Below, piece after piece: positions 41,930 through 55,480 of a stretch of DNA of 64,000 bases. Numbering within the stretch: the stretch's first letter is position 1; the number at the start of each line of letters is the position of its first letter. Source of the stretch: the human T2T-CHM13v2.0 reference genome, Homo sapiens. The stretch lies in the NCBI RefSeq assembly GCF_009914755.1, contig NC_060932.1. The stretch is one strand, 5' to 3'. The position numbers and the translations under genes are program-made. The notes below the pieces were generated by a model. It was not told the DNA's origin. It did not search any database and saw nothing but the letters and a program-made list of their open reading frames with translations.

Positions 41930-42730
41930 CCAGCGTCAACATGTAATGTACTTGGAAGTCATGATTCCAGACTTAAAAGCATTGAAAAGTTAAAGAAACT
42001 GGAAATTAACTTCTCTTGGGCCTATCAGGAACTGAAGATGCAGGGCATATTGCCACCACAAAATCTGGAGAGAGAATTGAATCCAGAGAGTCACAACTGA
42101 GATTTGTTTATCCAGAATGGAAGTCACTGGAGCTAAAACTATTAGGAACACTTAAGTAGTAATTTTGATGAATTGCTGGTATAGGAAATAAAAAAAAGAT
42201 AAACTCCCTGCCAGGCTAACCAAGAAAAAAAGAGACAATGCAAATTACCAATATCAGACATTTGAAACAAGTTTATCATTATTGATCCCAGGGGAATGAG
42301 AGGCTAATGAAGGAAGAGTCCACATATCTGATAACTGAGATGAAATGGGCCAGTTTCTTGAAAGACATAAGCTACCAAAATCCATACAAGGAAAATATAT
42401 ATAAATAACTTTGTATCTATTAAATAAATTCAATTAATAATTAATAATCTTCTAAAAAGGAAGCACCAGGCTCAGAGGATTTCACTGGCAAATTTTGGAA
42501 CCATTTAAGGAAAAAAAAAAATCAGACTTTTTTTCCAATTTCCTCCAGAAAGTAGAAACAAAGGAAGTATTTCCTAATGCAGTTTATGAAGTCGGTATCA
42601 CTTTAGTACCAAAAGCAGATAAAGGCATCTCAAGAAAGAAAAACTACAGATGAATAATCTCTCATGAACATAGATACAAATGTTCTCTACTAAATATTAG
42701 CAAATGCAATCCAACAGTGTAAAAAAAAAG
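41930..42730 (+). mobile_element. L1M fragments (5' region joined to an ORF2 piece)
   Basis: 42190-42730 matches ORF2 (gcaccaggctcagaggatttcactggcaaatt; ctcatgaacatagatacaaa). Confidence 0.75.
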
Positions 42731-43296
42731 GACAATGTCCTATGGCCAAATCGGATGGAAGCATAAGGTAATAAATGCTGCAATAGAGAGTTCCTGGAAG
42801 TTTTACATGAGTGTTAGCGAGGGTAATCTAACACAGATTGTTTGTAGAGTCAGAGAAAGCTTTTTGGAGAAGTTAACGTGCTCCAAGATATGGAAGAACT
42901 CTAGAAGGTCTCCAGCTGAAGATGTGGGAAGGCTGTTTTAGAAATGGGAAGTAAGATATAGTATCTTAGAAATGGAAAGTAAAATAGGCAAACTTGGTAA
43001 GAACAGCAAGGTGTGTATGAGGAATATCTCCAAACCTCTGTGTGCTGAGTGGCGGAGATTTGAGACCATGGGGCTGGAGAAGGAGGTAAAACTCAGCTTA
43101 TGAAAATAGCAGAGGGAGAAGTGATAGAGTGGGTTAAAGCATCAACTTTGTAGGACAAGGCCTGGTTTCAAACCACAGCTTCCCAATTCCTGGCTGTATG
43201 ACCATGGATAATTATTTGAAGTTTCTATGCCTGAGTTTTCTTGAGGAAATGGGGATGTCTCCTAGTGTTTTGATATATGTTAATGCATGTAAACCA

Positions 43297-43366
43297 GTAT
43301 TAGTCTGTTTTCAAACTGCTGTAAAGAAATGCTCAAGATTGGATAATTTATATACATATACATATA

Positions 43367-43418
<52 letters not shown>

Positions 43419-43737
43419 GTTTAATTGACTCACAGTTTGCATGGCTGGGGAGGCCTCAGGAAACTTGCAATTTTGGTAGAGGCAGAAGAAGGCACGTCTT
43501 ACACGGTGGCAGAAGAGACAGAGAGTACGTGAGAGCACAGGAAAATCTACCATGTATGAAACCATCAGATCTCATGAGAATTCACTCACTATCATGAGAA
43601 CAGCATGAGGGAAACTGCCCTCATGATCTAATCAGTTCCCTTCCTCAACAGGTAGGGATAACAGATCCCTTCCTCAACACGTGTGGATTATAATTCGAGA
43701 TAAGATATGGGTGGGGACACAGACCCAAGCCATATCA
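43297..43737 (-). mobile_element. THE1/MST-type solo LTR with internal (TA)n, nested in a MIR within an L2 (about 42750-44105)
   Basis: gtattagtctgttttca ... aattgactcacagtttgcatggctggggaggcctcagg ... gggtggggacacagacccaagccatatca. Confidence 0.88.
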
Positions 43738-44520
43738 ATGCCACTAAAGTCCCTGACTTATAATTGTATCTTATTATTTGTTAGCTATTAATATTATTAT
43801 TCATCTATAATTTACATATATTGGCAGGCATTTAGAGTGTTTTCTAAAGGCAACTGGGAGTCATTGAAATATTTAAAGCAAAGAGTTTGTGCAAGATTAT
43901 ATTAAAGAAGTAGTTTGGAGAATAGCAAGATGAATTATTGAGATGCATTTAGAGTCTTTAGTAGCTGTCCAGGACAGGAAGGATGAAGTCTGGCATGAAC
44001 ACCATGCCATTGGGAGAGGGATTGTAGCAGGGAGACAGCTATGAGAGATGTTTAGGAGGGAGAACCAACAGGACTTGGCACCTGATTTAGTGTGGAGATT
44101 GTGGGAGAAACGCCGCCCCGGGAAGCAGTAAATAATCTGCAAAGAATGAACACCCCTACAAGACAATTCTTTACTGCTGAAAACATCGCTCTGGAGCGAC
44201 AGCTTTGTAAATCACTGGAGTGAGTTTCTTCAGGAACATGGAGAATCAGAACATGAACACTAACCCTTTGTGAACAGAAATTTCAGAAAAGAAGACACTT
44301 GGAATGTGACTTGAAGTTTGGCCAGGGAATGTATAGCAGCAAAGAAGAGGAGCAAAGATTATGTTTCTCATGCTCAAGTGATAAATCTCACTTACATATA
44401 AGCATGTAGATCATTAAAAGTCTCCTCTGTCACATGGTCTAATCTGCTAGGATAAAAAAACTAAGGTTACGCACATACACACACAAAGGCACAGAGGCAC
44501 ATGCACGCATCATTATGTTT

Positions 44521-44647
44521 CCTAAAAAACATTGTAGCATTGAAGATATCCCTAAAATACCTAGCACCACCTGGCAACTTTCTATTTTTTTGAGATATAC
44601 AGTCAATAATCTCTAAGAAATAATTCGGTTCAATGCTCTCATTTTCA
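44521..44647 (+). repeat. Left arm of a 127-bp inverted duplication
   Basis: Reverse complement of 45766-45892 with 4 mismatches and no gaps. Confidence 0.97.
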
Positions 44648-44677
44648 TATGAGAAGACTGTAGTTAAGAATTAAGTT

Positions 44678-44968
44678 GGCCGGGCGTGGTGGCTCACGCC
44701 TGTAATCCCTAATCTCAGCACTTTGGGAGGCCGAGGCGGGCAGATCACGAGGTCAGGAGATCGAGATCATCCTGGCTAACATGGTGAAAACCGGTTTCTA
44801 TTAAAAATACAAAAAATTAGCCGGGCATGGTGGCGGGCACCTGTAGTTCCAGCTACTCGGGAGGCTGAGGCAGGAGAATCACCCCAGGAGGCGGAGCTTT
44901 CAGTGAGCTGAAATCGGGCCACTGCACTCCAGCCTGGGCAACAGAGCGAGACTCTGTCTCAAAACAAA
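44678..44968 (+). mobile_element. AluY/Sc8-like element inserted in a MIR
   Basis: gatcacgaggtcaggagatcgaga, cctggctaac, gcggagctt. Degenerate TSD aagaattaagtt/aagagttgagtt. Confidence 0.93.
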
Positions 44969-45068
44969 AAGAGTTGAGTTACAACTTGCCTGAAGTTACT
45001 CACCACACCGAAGTAGAATTGTGACCAAGCTCCAAATATCAATGCTTGCACAATGCTGTTTCTTCTAA

Positions 45069-45462
<394 letters not shown>

Positions 45463-45765
45463 TGAACATTACAAAACGGGAGACAGGCTCAATGTTGCTG
45501 AAGCTATTTCAAGCAGAATGTTGTATTCGAGCAGCTCACAGCCATTCAAGTGAATATGAAGATCATTCAAACTCAAATGACATACACGCCCACGTTTCAC
45601 ACACAGGTAAAGAAAAATATCTCACCATCATATAATTATCTCCCTTCTCAATTTCCTCAGCATCCACATTTGGTTAGCGGGATTCTGATCTCCCCCCTTT
45701 ACTGAGCTCACCCATCACTTCCTCCAGAAATCCTGGGAGATAGGGCTGGGTGGGGTCGTTCCGTC

Positions 45766-45892
45766 TGAAAATGAGAGCATTGAACCGAATTATTTCTTAG
45801 AGATTATTGACTGTGTATCTCAAAAGAATAGAAAGTTGCTAGGTGGTGCTAGGTATTTTAGGGAGATCTTCAATGCTACAATGTTTTTTAGG
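45766..45892 (-). repeat. Right arm of the 127-bp inverted duplication
   Basis: Reverse complement of 44521-44647. Confidence 0.97.
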
Positions 45893-47864
45893 CATTGTTC
45901 AGCTGCTGTCCACCTTTGCTAACAGCTGCACCGCTGGCCTGGCCACACTGTCACCTGTACGGCACACTCAGCACTGCTGTTCTCCTCCAGCCCCACTCTG
46001 TCCTCTGGCGTCTTTCAGACCACCGTCCCCCAGATCAACAACCTTTGGTGTTTTCTTGGCGCAGGGAAATCCTTTTCTCATCAGCACATAATTCAGAGGC
46101 GATTTTTCAAAGGAGACTTTTTGAGGCCCCCAGGTAGGGCATTCTTTTTCCTCGGGCAAACGGAGAGAGCTGAGCCTACAGGATACCGGGCTGTAGAGTG
46201 GGCCAGCACCACCTGATACTGAATAGTTGAGGAGCCTCTCCCTGGGCTTCAATCACATCTCAGTTTGATCAACTCACGGGCAGTGAACCTAGTTTTGTTT
46301 CAGATTTGTCTAACTTTCCATAATAGGTCAGAATCTCCCAGAACATGCTAATAGGGATGGGTGACCAGTCTCCCACTCAGAATGCATTGAAGAATCTGTG
46401 AGGTGATGTTTCTTCATGCTAGAATCATCTAAAGGAACCCCAGTCCCCCAAAAAGCTAAGGACATCTATGAGGTTAAAAAATGAAGGTCCTCCTGGAAAG
46501 TGTAAACATCCCTGTCCTACTCCTGGCTCTGGCTCTGCTAGAGATGTGGCAATGAACATCTTCCCGTTTCTGCACCGTAGTGTTTCCAGCTATTGAATAG
46601 AACTGCAATCTGATTTTTCATTCTCAAAGAGATTTATAGATGCAATAATGAACACAAATGTGTTACAAATGATTATGAGAAATCCCCTCAAGGACTCTAT
46701 TATTTGTTTATTACTTACAGGAAAATAATAGGAAGTACTTATTTTTATTTTTCCTAAAGAAAATTTCCTGAGTTGAAGGGATTTGTGTTTGAGGGTTGAG
46801 GGGTAGAGGTTTATAGGGAATTGCAGAAAGTGACTAAATAATAAAGTAAGTGCTAAGCAACACTGAATGCACAGAAAATGCCAGTGCATGACAATGAAAA
46901 AGAGGAAATGTTTATCATAGGAAGAAGGCAGAAAATTCTCAACAAGGGAAAAATGCCATGGCAAGTGTTCAGATAATCCCCAAACACATACTTCATGTCT
47001 GGAAAAGACCTAAATATTGTTTTGTTTGTTTGTTTTTGTTTTGCAGTGATTGCTGTTCTTGTTTAAACTCAGTCAATTTGCAGACACTACAAGAGACATT
47101 TGGAGAGATAAAAATGTAAGTGCTGCACTGTAAAACCTGAATGCCAAAAATCACATGAGGAAAATTATTTATTAATATGAATTTCTAATCTCTGGAAACT
47201 TTTCATCAAATCCATGGCTCTGTCACCTTATATCCTAAGGGAAAATTACAAAAAATATGCAATAATTTATCATAACCATGATCATTATCATAAACATCCT
47301 TTTCCCATTTGAAAATGACTCCACCCCTACCAGGCATTCAGATATATATCATAATCAAGAATATTTAAAAATGAGTACCATTATCCCCATTTCACGTGAA
47401 GGGAAGATTGAGGATGAGTTGTTTCAAGAGAATTGACCTAGGTTGTACCATTGTGAGAAGTAAAATTGAAAAAAATACTTTATGCATATATGTTTACCTA
47501 AGTTCTCTTATCATTTCTCAACTATGTCTTATAAAAAACACATACCATAAACTATAAAAATGCATGGTTTAGTAGATTATTAAAGTGTGAGCTAAAACAG
47601 ATATTTTCAACTCAAAATCAGGATGATAGGTTTTATTTACTTTTTTTTCGATTACATATATATATATATATTTTTCTTTCACATTGAGGAACCTTGTTCT
47701 TAATGATAAGATGATGATACATTTAGGAGATCCCATGTTTATTCATTTGTTTTGTTCAAATTTTCACACACAACAATCTCAGAATAACCATGATAATTCC
47801 ACCAGCATTGATTATGTTTACCAAAAACAGTCTTATTTTTGTCATTTGCTATTTCAATTCTCCT

Positions 47865-50230
47865 TCATTGTTTACAGATTTATTAATTCTACATTCCATA
47901 GATCCATCCATTTTAAGTGTAGTTTGTTGAGTTTTGCTACATGCTTACAGTTGTGCAACCTCTTCCAGAATTGTTTTAAAATATTCCAAATCAGGGTAGA
48001 GTTTTCTCATGCCCCTCTACAGTTAACCCCTAGCCCCTGCCCTGACTCCAAGGGACAACTAATCTCCATTTTTCAACATAGCTTTGACTTTTCCAGAATA
48101 TTACATACCCGGGGTTATACAAAATGTTGTCTTTTGTGTCTGGCTTTTTTTACTTACCATAATTTTTCTTTTTTAGATTCATCCATATTGTTGCTTGTGT
48201 CAGTACTTCATTCCTTTATTACTAAGTTGTAGTCCATGTTTTGGATATTTGGGTGTACTACTTTTTTTATGCATTCACTAGTCAATAAAAGCTTAGATTA
48301 TTTTGTCTATTTGACTGCTAAGAAAAATTCTGTGGCAAATCTTAGCATGTAAGTATTCATGTGGTCATATTTTCATTTGTTGGATGGTAGGATGGGGAAG
48401 GTAGAGTTTTAAGAGTGAAATTACTGGGTCACATATAAGTGTGTCTTTATTACATTTTATATGTATAACCTTCCATATAGTTTTTGAACACAAGGTTACT
48501 TTTTTGCATTCTCATCAACTCCCCCAAGCCCCAATTTTTAATGGTTGCATTTTATCTGTACAGGTAGATCACGTAGCCATTAAAACATATTCTCTCTCTC
48601 TGTCTCTTTCTCTGTCTCTTACCTTCCCTTTTCTTTATTTCTAAAACCTATTACATAAACAATGATTCCAAGGGATCCTTTTTGTCAATCTTTCTCCAAC
48701 TATTCTGTTTTTCAGAAATTTATTTTATAATAGACTCCTTAAGAAGGACTCATATATCCTCTGTATTTCAAGGTCACTTTAGCTGAATATAAATTTATTG
48801 GCTTACATTTTCTTTTCTTGAGTGCCTTTAAATATGCTATTCCATTTTCTTCTGCCATAAAGCATGACTCCCAAGAGTCTGATATAAAACTAATTTTCTC
48901 TTATGAATTACATACTTGTGTGTTTGCCTAAATATCCAAAATCATGTTTTTCTCACGTCTTTTAAATTCTAGAAATTTTACTCAAATGTGTGTCTTGGTG
49001 TTGGTCATTCATGGTTAACATTCTCATAGACATAATATACTATTTGCGTACGTGGTCTCAAATGCTTTCATCAATATTTGTTATGCCTGGCTTTCATTTC
49101 TTGTTCCTTTAGGGATTCCTTCTATCATTGTTGAATCTTCTTTGCATATCTTCAATATTTTTTCTTTTTCTGAAATCATTTTATAAATCTTATTTCTCAT
49201 TTGTAACAATATTATTCCACTTTTCACTATTATAACTCTTTAAGCATCATTTATTATGTTTGTTTATTGGTGTTCCATCTGGCTTACTCTTCATTTCCAA
49301 AATTATATCCTTTTATTTATAATTCCTTCTTGAGTTCTGCACCTAAGTTTTAAAAAAATTCTGATAGACATTTTCCCTTCGTGCCTTGTAAGAATTTCTC
49401 GATGTCTTTTAAATAGTTTTGAAATGATGTATTTCACTTTTGATCTTTATGGCATATTGTCATTGCCTGCAGAATGTTATTCTGCTCCTTATTCTCCTTT
49501 ATCTTAGAGTAACTTTGTATAAAATTTGATCTCTGTATGTTTCTGTTGCTCATTTTGAAACAAATTCAATTCTGAAGTTTTAAAAGAGGATCAGTTTAGA
49601 TAGTTACTTTAATATCACAAACCATATTCTTTTGTTGTTTTCTTGTAATAATACTAAATGTGCCAGCTGGACTTCTAATTTTCCTGGCCCCATGTTCTTT
49701 CTCCACTTGGGTATTTCTTCATTTTAAAATATTTATTGTCCTTAGACTTCTTAGTTTTGATTTCACTCATAGTAGTTTCTTCTCAGCATGGGCCCCATCC
49801 TGGAAGCTAGCCCTGGTAGCTCAGTTTTCAAGGTTCATAGGAATAGAGGCTGGACTAGCCCTTTAGACCTCCCTTGGATCGGGCAAATTCCTTCACGGTT
49901 TCATCTGCTTTCTCAAATAGACCCACTAGTCTTTCCAGTGAATACTTGTGGGGGATTTTTCGGTTCCCCATTTCTCAGGTTCAACATGTTGTGTTGATTC
50001 CTCTGCTAGCGTCCACACAGACACTGATAATGTACAGGTCTTGCGGCTACTGGTGGTTTATCGCCACATGTGTTTTATTTTGGAGTTCATAGAAATACAT
50101 GATGGCCTGGTTTTGTGGGGAGTGAGAAGTGGTAAATGACATGCATGAGTTTTCAGCTTTCTAATGTAGTTTCTCTGGGTCTTTAGGCAGAGCCAAATCT
50201 GTGCTCCTAATGCTGTTTCCATCTTTTCAG
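47865..50230 (-). mobile_element. Old antisense LINE fragments (L1M 3' end at about 47865-48550, then L1M/HAL1-like)
   Basis: catccattttaagtgtagtttgttgagttttg; gtgaaattactgggtcacat; ttagctgaatataaatttattggcttacattttc. T-rich throughout. Confidence 0.6.
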
Positions 50231-50674
50231 AATTCTCCCTTAAGCTGAGATTTTAAATGCAACATCCATGCTCCCTTCACCAATGTTTTCTCAGCAATGT
50301 TATTAAACATTAAATGTGTATATTCTTTGGTTTGAGGACAGGAGAAAAAAAATTTTAAAGTCTATGGTATGCATCCAAATCTTATGTTGTTTTCAAATTA
50401 GCAAGATAATGCAAAAGAAAAAAAAAGAAGATATTATTTTGAAAGAGATGAATAGAAAATAAGTTTGAAGTTAAATGTTTGGACCTGATTTTGAACATAT
50501 TAGTTCAAACTACATAAAAATGCTGATATTAGATCATTTTGAACTCTAAAAACAGGAATTTCATGTGGTTCAGCATGATACTTCAGGTGGAATAAATATC
50601 AGAACAACAAAAGACAACCAAAAATAAAATGAAGTTCCTTTGAGTTGCATCAGCTGGATGAGATAAATAGATTT

Positions 50675-53180
50675 CTTTTTTTTTTTTGGCCCAGAATATG
50701 AACTATCTTCGTTTATGTCCCAGGGGCCCTTGAAAAGAATGTGTATTCCACTATTGTTGGATGTAGTATTCCATAAATGTCAATTAGATTCTGCTGAGTG
50801 ATGATGCTGCAGAGGTCTTCCACATCCCTGATAATTGTCTATCTATTTGTTCTATTGGTTGTTTAGAGAGCAGTGTTGATGTCTCCGACTACAATCGTAG
50901 ATTTGTTTATTCATCCTTAGTTCTAACAGATTTTGCTTCTCATATTTTTCATCTCTATTATTTGATGCATACACATTTAGGATTTTTATGTCTTCCTGGT
51001 AGATTGACCCTTTTATCATTACATAACATTCCCCTCTGAGTCTGCAATTTTCTTTTCTCTGAAGTCTACTTTATCTGATATTAAACTTATGCATTCTTTC
51101 AGTTATATGTACATTTTTTCTTTCATTTTTTAAAAATACACAACCTACCTATGTCATAGTATTTAAAGTGAGTTTATTGTAGACAGGAAGTGTTGGGTCA
51201 TTTCTTTTATTCCAGTCTGCCAATATCTGTACCAATCGTTAGTATATGTAGACCATTTGCCCTGGACATCGTTATTGTTATGTTAGGACTCAGAGCTGCC
51301 TTTTTTTCCTGTTTGTTGTGATTTTTGTGTGTGTATTTTCTTTTTCTTGCCCTCTTGTGGATTACCTGAATATTTAAAAAAATTCAACCTGGATTTTTCT
51401 ATAGTGTATTTGTTTATGGTTGTTCCTGCTATTGCAATATATAAACATAACTTATCACTCTTTACTGTGTCATCATTTTAGCAGTTTGAGTGAACTGTAG
51501 AAACTTTACTACTTTACATTCCTTTACCTTCCCTTCTTTGTAATGTAACTGTGTTATATTTCCTCTCTCTGTATATTACAACCTCCTCAGCATGTTATGA
51601 TGTTTGCTTCAATCATCAACTTAGAAAACTCAAAAGGTGAAACGAAGCCTACTGTAGTTACTAATACTTTTGCTTACAATGTTCTTTCTTCCTTCCTGAT
51701 GTTTATTGGTTATTAGTTCCTTCTTTATTGTTTCCTTTCAGTTTAGATAGTATTCTTTGGACATTTATTTAGGGTAGTTCCTCTGAGACAAATACTTTTG
51801 GTTTTCCTGCATCTGGAAATGTCTTGGGTTTCCCTTTATTCCTGAATGTTATTTTACTGTGTGCAGGATTTGGGGTTGACACATCTTTTGTTTCAGCAAC
51901 TGAGTTGAAACTTCGTATTTTTTTTTCATTTGTTTCACGTGCGCTTCTATTTGCTGAAGCATTTTTATGATGACTCATTTAAAATCTTTGACAGAGGCTG
52001 GGTGCAGTGACTCATGCCTGTAATTCCAGCACTTTGGGATTGAGACCAGCCTGGCCAACATGGTGGAACCCCCGTCTCTATTAAAAATACAAAAATTAGC
52101 CAGGTGTAGTGGTGGGTGCCTGTAATCCCAGTTACTCAGGAGGCTGAGGCAGGAGAATTGCTTCAACCTAAGAGGTGGAGGTTGCAGTGAGCCGAGGTCA
52201 TGTCACTGCGCCCCAGCCTCGGTGACAGAACAAGACTCTCTAAATCTATATATTATATATATATAGTGTTGATTATCTTTGTTTCATTCAGTTTGAGATC
52301 TTTCTGGTCCTTGGTATAACAAGTGATTTCCAATTGAAAACAGCATTTTCTTATTATGTTCTGAGGCTCTGGATCTTACGTAGTCTGTGACACTCATACT
52401 ATTTCAGCCAGGCTTTGATGTTACCTTGTTACTGCCAGATGGGCACAAAAGTCCAGGTTCCAATTGGAGCCTTCATTGACTCACGGTGAGGGGGTGCCCT
52501 TGGAGCCTTCATTGACTCATGGTGAGGGGGTGTCCCCTCATTATTACAGGGTGGAAGGGGGGATGTCAGCTCCCTGAGTGGGCTCCACTAACACCCGGAG
52601 GAAAGGGGCCTCCTTACAGTCTCAGCTCCCTGTGAGTCCTTTTCTGAAACCTTCTTTGCAGAGTTGTTGGATGCGTTCTTAACAGTCTCCAAAAAGTGGA
52701 AGGTGAAGTTCTTCACTAGGCCTTTGGTAATCTGGTTTTATGGGAGACCACAGGTTTTTCTGTGGTGTTTGATGGAAGAACAGTCATTGTCTTCACATTT
52801 TCTGTTTTACCAAGTTGCTCCTTTCCTGATCTTTGGCTGGACAGATCAGTTTTGTTGTTATTATTGCTATTGTAGTTATTATTTTTGTGTTTGTCTGTTT
52901 GTTGCGATTTCCGGGTTACCAAGTTTCTCAGTTTAAATTCTGGTATATTCAAGGCAAAAGCAAAACAAAACAAAACAAACATGGAACTTTCTAAGGTCAC
53001 AAGATTTTTAGCAGTCTGCCTACCACCACCACTTTCTTCTCTACCACTCTCGTGCACGTATGCACATGCATGTGTGTGTCTGTGTGTGCGTGTGTGTGTG
53101 TGTACATGCAAAGGTCATTAGTTGTACTTAGAGGAATAGGAGAACATACATCTATTCCATCTCCATAGGAGCAGAAGTCC
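50675..53180 (-). mobile_element. L1M (L1MC/MD-like) antisense fragments covering the ORF2 start, ORF1 and 5' region
   Basis: cttgaaaagaatgtgtattcc...; ctgaagtctactttatctgatatt. The minus-strand peptide NPAHSKITFRNKGKPKTFPDAGKPKVFV resembles the ORF1p C-terminal domain. Confidence 0.75.
51996..52240 (+). mobile_element. AluS with a deletion of about 35 bp in the left monomer and an eroded tail
   Basis: actttggga joins directly to ttgagaccagcc. Confidence 0.92.
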
Positions 53181-53334
53181 CTCACCCTTGCTACTTTTCA
53201 GTTCAGGAAGTCTGGAAAAGCTTCAGCAAATATAAGCACATGTGAAACAAATGAAAAAAAAAATTACCAGTTTCTAGATGACCTGAGTTGAAGCCCATGA
53301 CCAGATGGGTATATTTCCTACAGAATAAAATATT

Positions 53335-53430
53335 GACTCATTCACTTGATTGAATATTTCTACAATGTATACATAGATCACAATACCACATTGTACCTAT
53401 AAATATACATGACTATTATTTGTCAATTAA
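53335..53430 (+). mobile_element. Short L1MA-type 3' terminal fragment
   Basis: acaatgtatacatagatcacaataccacattgtacctataaatatacatgactattatttgtcaattaaa. Confidence 0.7.
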
Positions 53431-54789
53431 ATATATACATAAATTCTAACCCAGAGTTTCTTAATAATGATTGCATATAAGAAGCTTCTGGCAGGTCTTG
53501 AAACTGTGTTGTTATCTATGTCACAAGGGCAGATTCCCATAATAGGTGTAGGCTGGGAAGGCAAATAGAATTCCACAATGAGTATTGGAATCCTCAGATT
53601 TATCTCTGGAGTCTAATCTGAGGGAAGCCCCCTTTGCACCACCTTCAGGTTGTAGGATAGTTAGTGAATGAAAGGGAGAAAAGCTTGCCTTAACTTGTAG
53701 GCTGCAGATCGGCATCCCTATGCACCTCTTACTGACCTGCCACTTTGTGGTTCTAGGCGGATTACATACAAGCCATGTAGATTGCCTGGAATACATGCTG
53801 CCTGGGATTCGGCTCCCTAGCCGAGCTTTGAGGGAAACATGAAATCTGTGACAAAAGGCTGTGTCTAAGAATCACTGCTAAATTCATAGATCATTGAAGC
53901 TTATCCAAGGAAAGAATTGCTAAACGTGGATTATAACCTGATCTTGCCAAGAGATCTTCTGTGTCTCCCATCCCCCTCTTGTCAGTCTCCCCATGGTAAT
54001 GCTGCCAGAGGAGTCTTGATCTCATGACACCTCTTTGTAAAAAGCCTAAATTCTTAGCATGGAATCCATGACATGTCCTTCATCTTCTCTCCTACATCAT
54101 CTCTCACTGTCTCCCACGCTGAATGTTCCCATCGGCTGCCCCGAACTGCTGACTTTTCCTTGTCCCTTTGATTGCCTGACTCGCCCTGACATTCCTAAGC
54201 CTCAGGAAGCCTCAGTCTGCCTGGAGTGCCTTTCTTCTTGTGCTTAGTCAGTTCACACTTCTTTTTCAAGAACCCACTAAAACGGCCCTTCCTTTGGAAA
54301 ACGCCTCTGCTGCCTTCAGGGAGGTTATTAAATACGTACACAAATTCTAACCCAGAGAGTTGCTTAATAATGATTGTGTATAAGAAACTTCTGGGAGGCC
54401 TTGAAACTGTGCTGTTATCTACGTCGCAAGGGCAGATTCCCATAGTCTAGTGCCACTCAGACTGCCTGAGCTCAAATTCTAGTTTGTCATTTATTAGCTG
54501 TGTGAACCTGGATAAGCTACTTTGTTGTACCTCAGTATGCTCATATGCAAAAAGGGTTTAACAATTGTACTTCTCTCAGAAGGTTCAGGAAAATACTATA
54601 TTATACTAATTATTATACTATATACTATATTATACTAATACACAGTATTAGTAGTAAGTTTTTACTTTTTTGATTTTTGTTTTTCATTTTAGATCATAAA
54701 ATTCTTAGGTGAGGAGCTGTGTTCCCTCTTCCATCCATTGTAATTTCTCATCTTTCCATCTTCTTCATCTCCTTCTTTCTTTTCCTCTG

Positions 54790-55480
54790 CTCTCAAACAT
54801 TTATTGGAAGACTAAGCAGTGCCAACCACTATACAAAGCATTAAACAAACAAAACAAAACAAACACAAGGAGGCATGATTCTTTCACTGAGAAACGAACT
54901 TCCAGAGCTAAGTATTAATATAATTCCTGACAGGGCAGTTACTTTAGGGACAAAGAGATGAATGGCAGTGCAGCTGTGGAGGAAGAAGTGGCATTCCTGA
55001 CTGAGCTCATATAAGGGGCATTATACAGATCAATATTTTGTCTGAGTAGAAATGAGATAGACAAAGGTGGGGAGCATTCAGGAAAGGACAGAGACAGCAC
55101 AGGTGCATGAAGGGTGCACAGTGGCCTGTCATTTGTCTTTGCCAAAGCTGCAGAGCAGTGTGGAGGACTGGGGGCTGTGGGTGGAGAGTGTCCGGGCCAG
55201 GCCTATTGGGAGTGCCTTTGATGCCATGCCAAAACCTTTGCATTATTTTGTTCTCAAACAGCCAAATAAAGGATTTTAAGTGACATAACCATTTTTTTCT
55301 TTTAGCTCTAGTGTTCCTGCTTCCACGTATAGAACTGTGTGAGAGAGGAAGAGAGAGAGAGAGAAAGAGAGGAAGGAAGGGAGAAGAGAGGCATTAGGGA
55401 GTAGGGAACTGAGTAACATTTTCAGACCAGGAAAGATGAAGAGGACTAAGTTTTAAGCCTGAGGATATTTGCTGAATACA
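54790..55480. mobile_element. L2 fragment (further L2 and MIR pieces at about 54000-54320 and 54445-54590)
   Basis: caaacatttattggaagactaagcagtgcca ... gagcattcaggaaaggacagagacagcacaggtgca. Confidence 0.6.

Noticed and set aside
47684-48232. 182-aa ORF
   Set aside because: Non-ATG start, and it runs mostly through T-rich antisense L1 3' UTR.
53051-53110. Alternating purine-pyrimidine tract as functional Z-DNA
   Set aside because: Common microsatellite decay with no supporting context.
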